In this document: one piece after another, positions 63,801 through 64,000 of the stretch
Position numbering within the stretch: the first letter of the stretch is position 1
Layout of the letters: every line of letters starts with the position of its first letter
Assembly: GCF_001194135.2 (NCBI RefSeq)
Contig: NC_068993.1
Location: forward strand, 36,489,536-36,553,535
Reading direction: 5' to 3'
Length of the DNA: 64,000 nt
Source of the DNA: Octopus bimaculoides
Lineage: Eukaryota
Translations under genes and position numbers: made by a program
The notes under the pieces: generated by a model
Databases searched by the model: none
Told to the model about the DNA's origin: nothing
Seen by the model: only the letters and a program-made list of their open reading frames with translations

Positions 63801-64000
63801 GGACACTGAATAATAATCATGATGATGCTTCATTTCCTGATTTTGAGATGGTTTGCTGGTGGTAGCTGAAGAGAGAGAGACATAGTTGCTACTGCTAACA
63901 TACTAAGTGACCAGGTGAAGAGGTGCAAATAGCCCCAGACACATCAACACCTTTCAAAACAGCGATATCAATTCCGTTCTAATAATATTTTCCTTTATTT

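Overview
This is eukaryotic genomic DNA: AT-rich, intron-containing, rich in microsatellites and retroposons, with five N gaps. The repeat landscape looks like an octopus (coleoid cephalopod) short-read assembly; that assignment is inferred from recalled repeat families, not from a search. Two spliced genes converge on a ~34 kb repeat-filled intergenic region. The last five visible coding exons of a TMEM144 homologue lie on + (2247-19156). The last two coding exons of a Gab/Dos-family docking protein lie on - (57507-52965). The rest is transposon debris: several RTE-clade LINE families, an R4/Dong-like LINE remnant, Penelope-like fragments, tRNA-headed SINE families with swapped modules, TTAA/CCCTTT-ended MITEs, a deleted mariner and many microsatellites. 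I found no CRISPR array, rRNA, true tRNA gene or prokaryotic system, and nothing I can claim as a new biological system. The most interesting unexplained structure is: (i) long near-perfect hairpins near both gene 3' ends and in a Gab intron; (ii) a variable tandem array of stem-conserved, loop-variable hairpins in an RTE 3' UTR; (iii) two different foldback elements inserted at almost the same site of neighbouring MITE copies; (iv) hammerhead-like cores in Penelope-like ends; (v) possible ancient TMEM144-Gab linkage.
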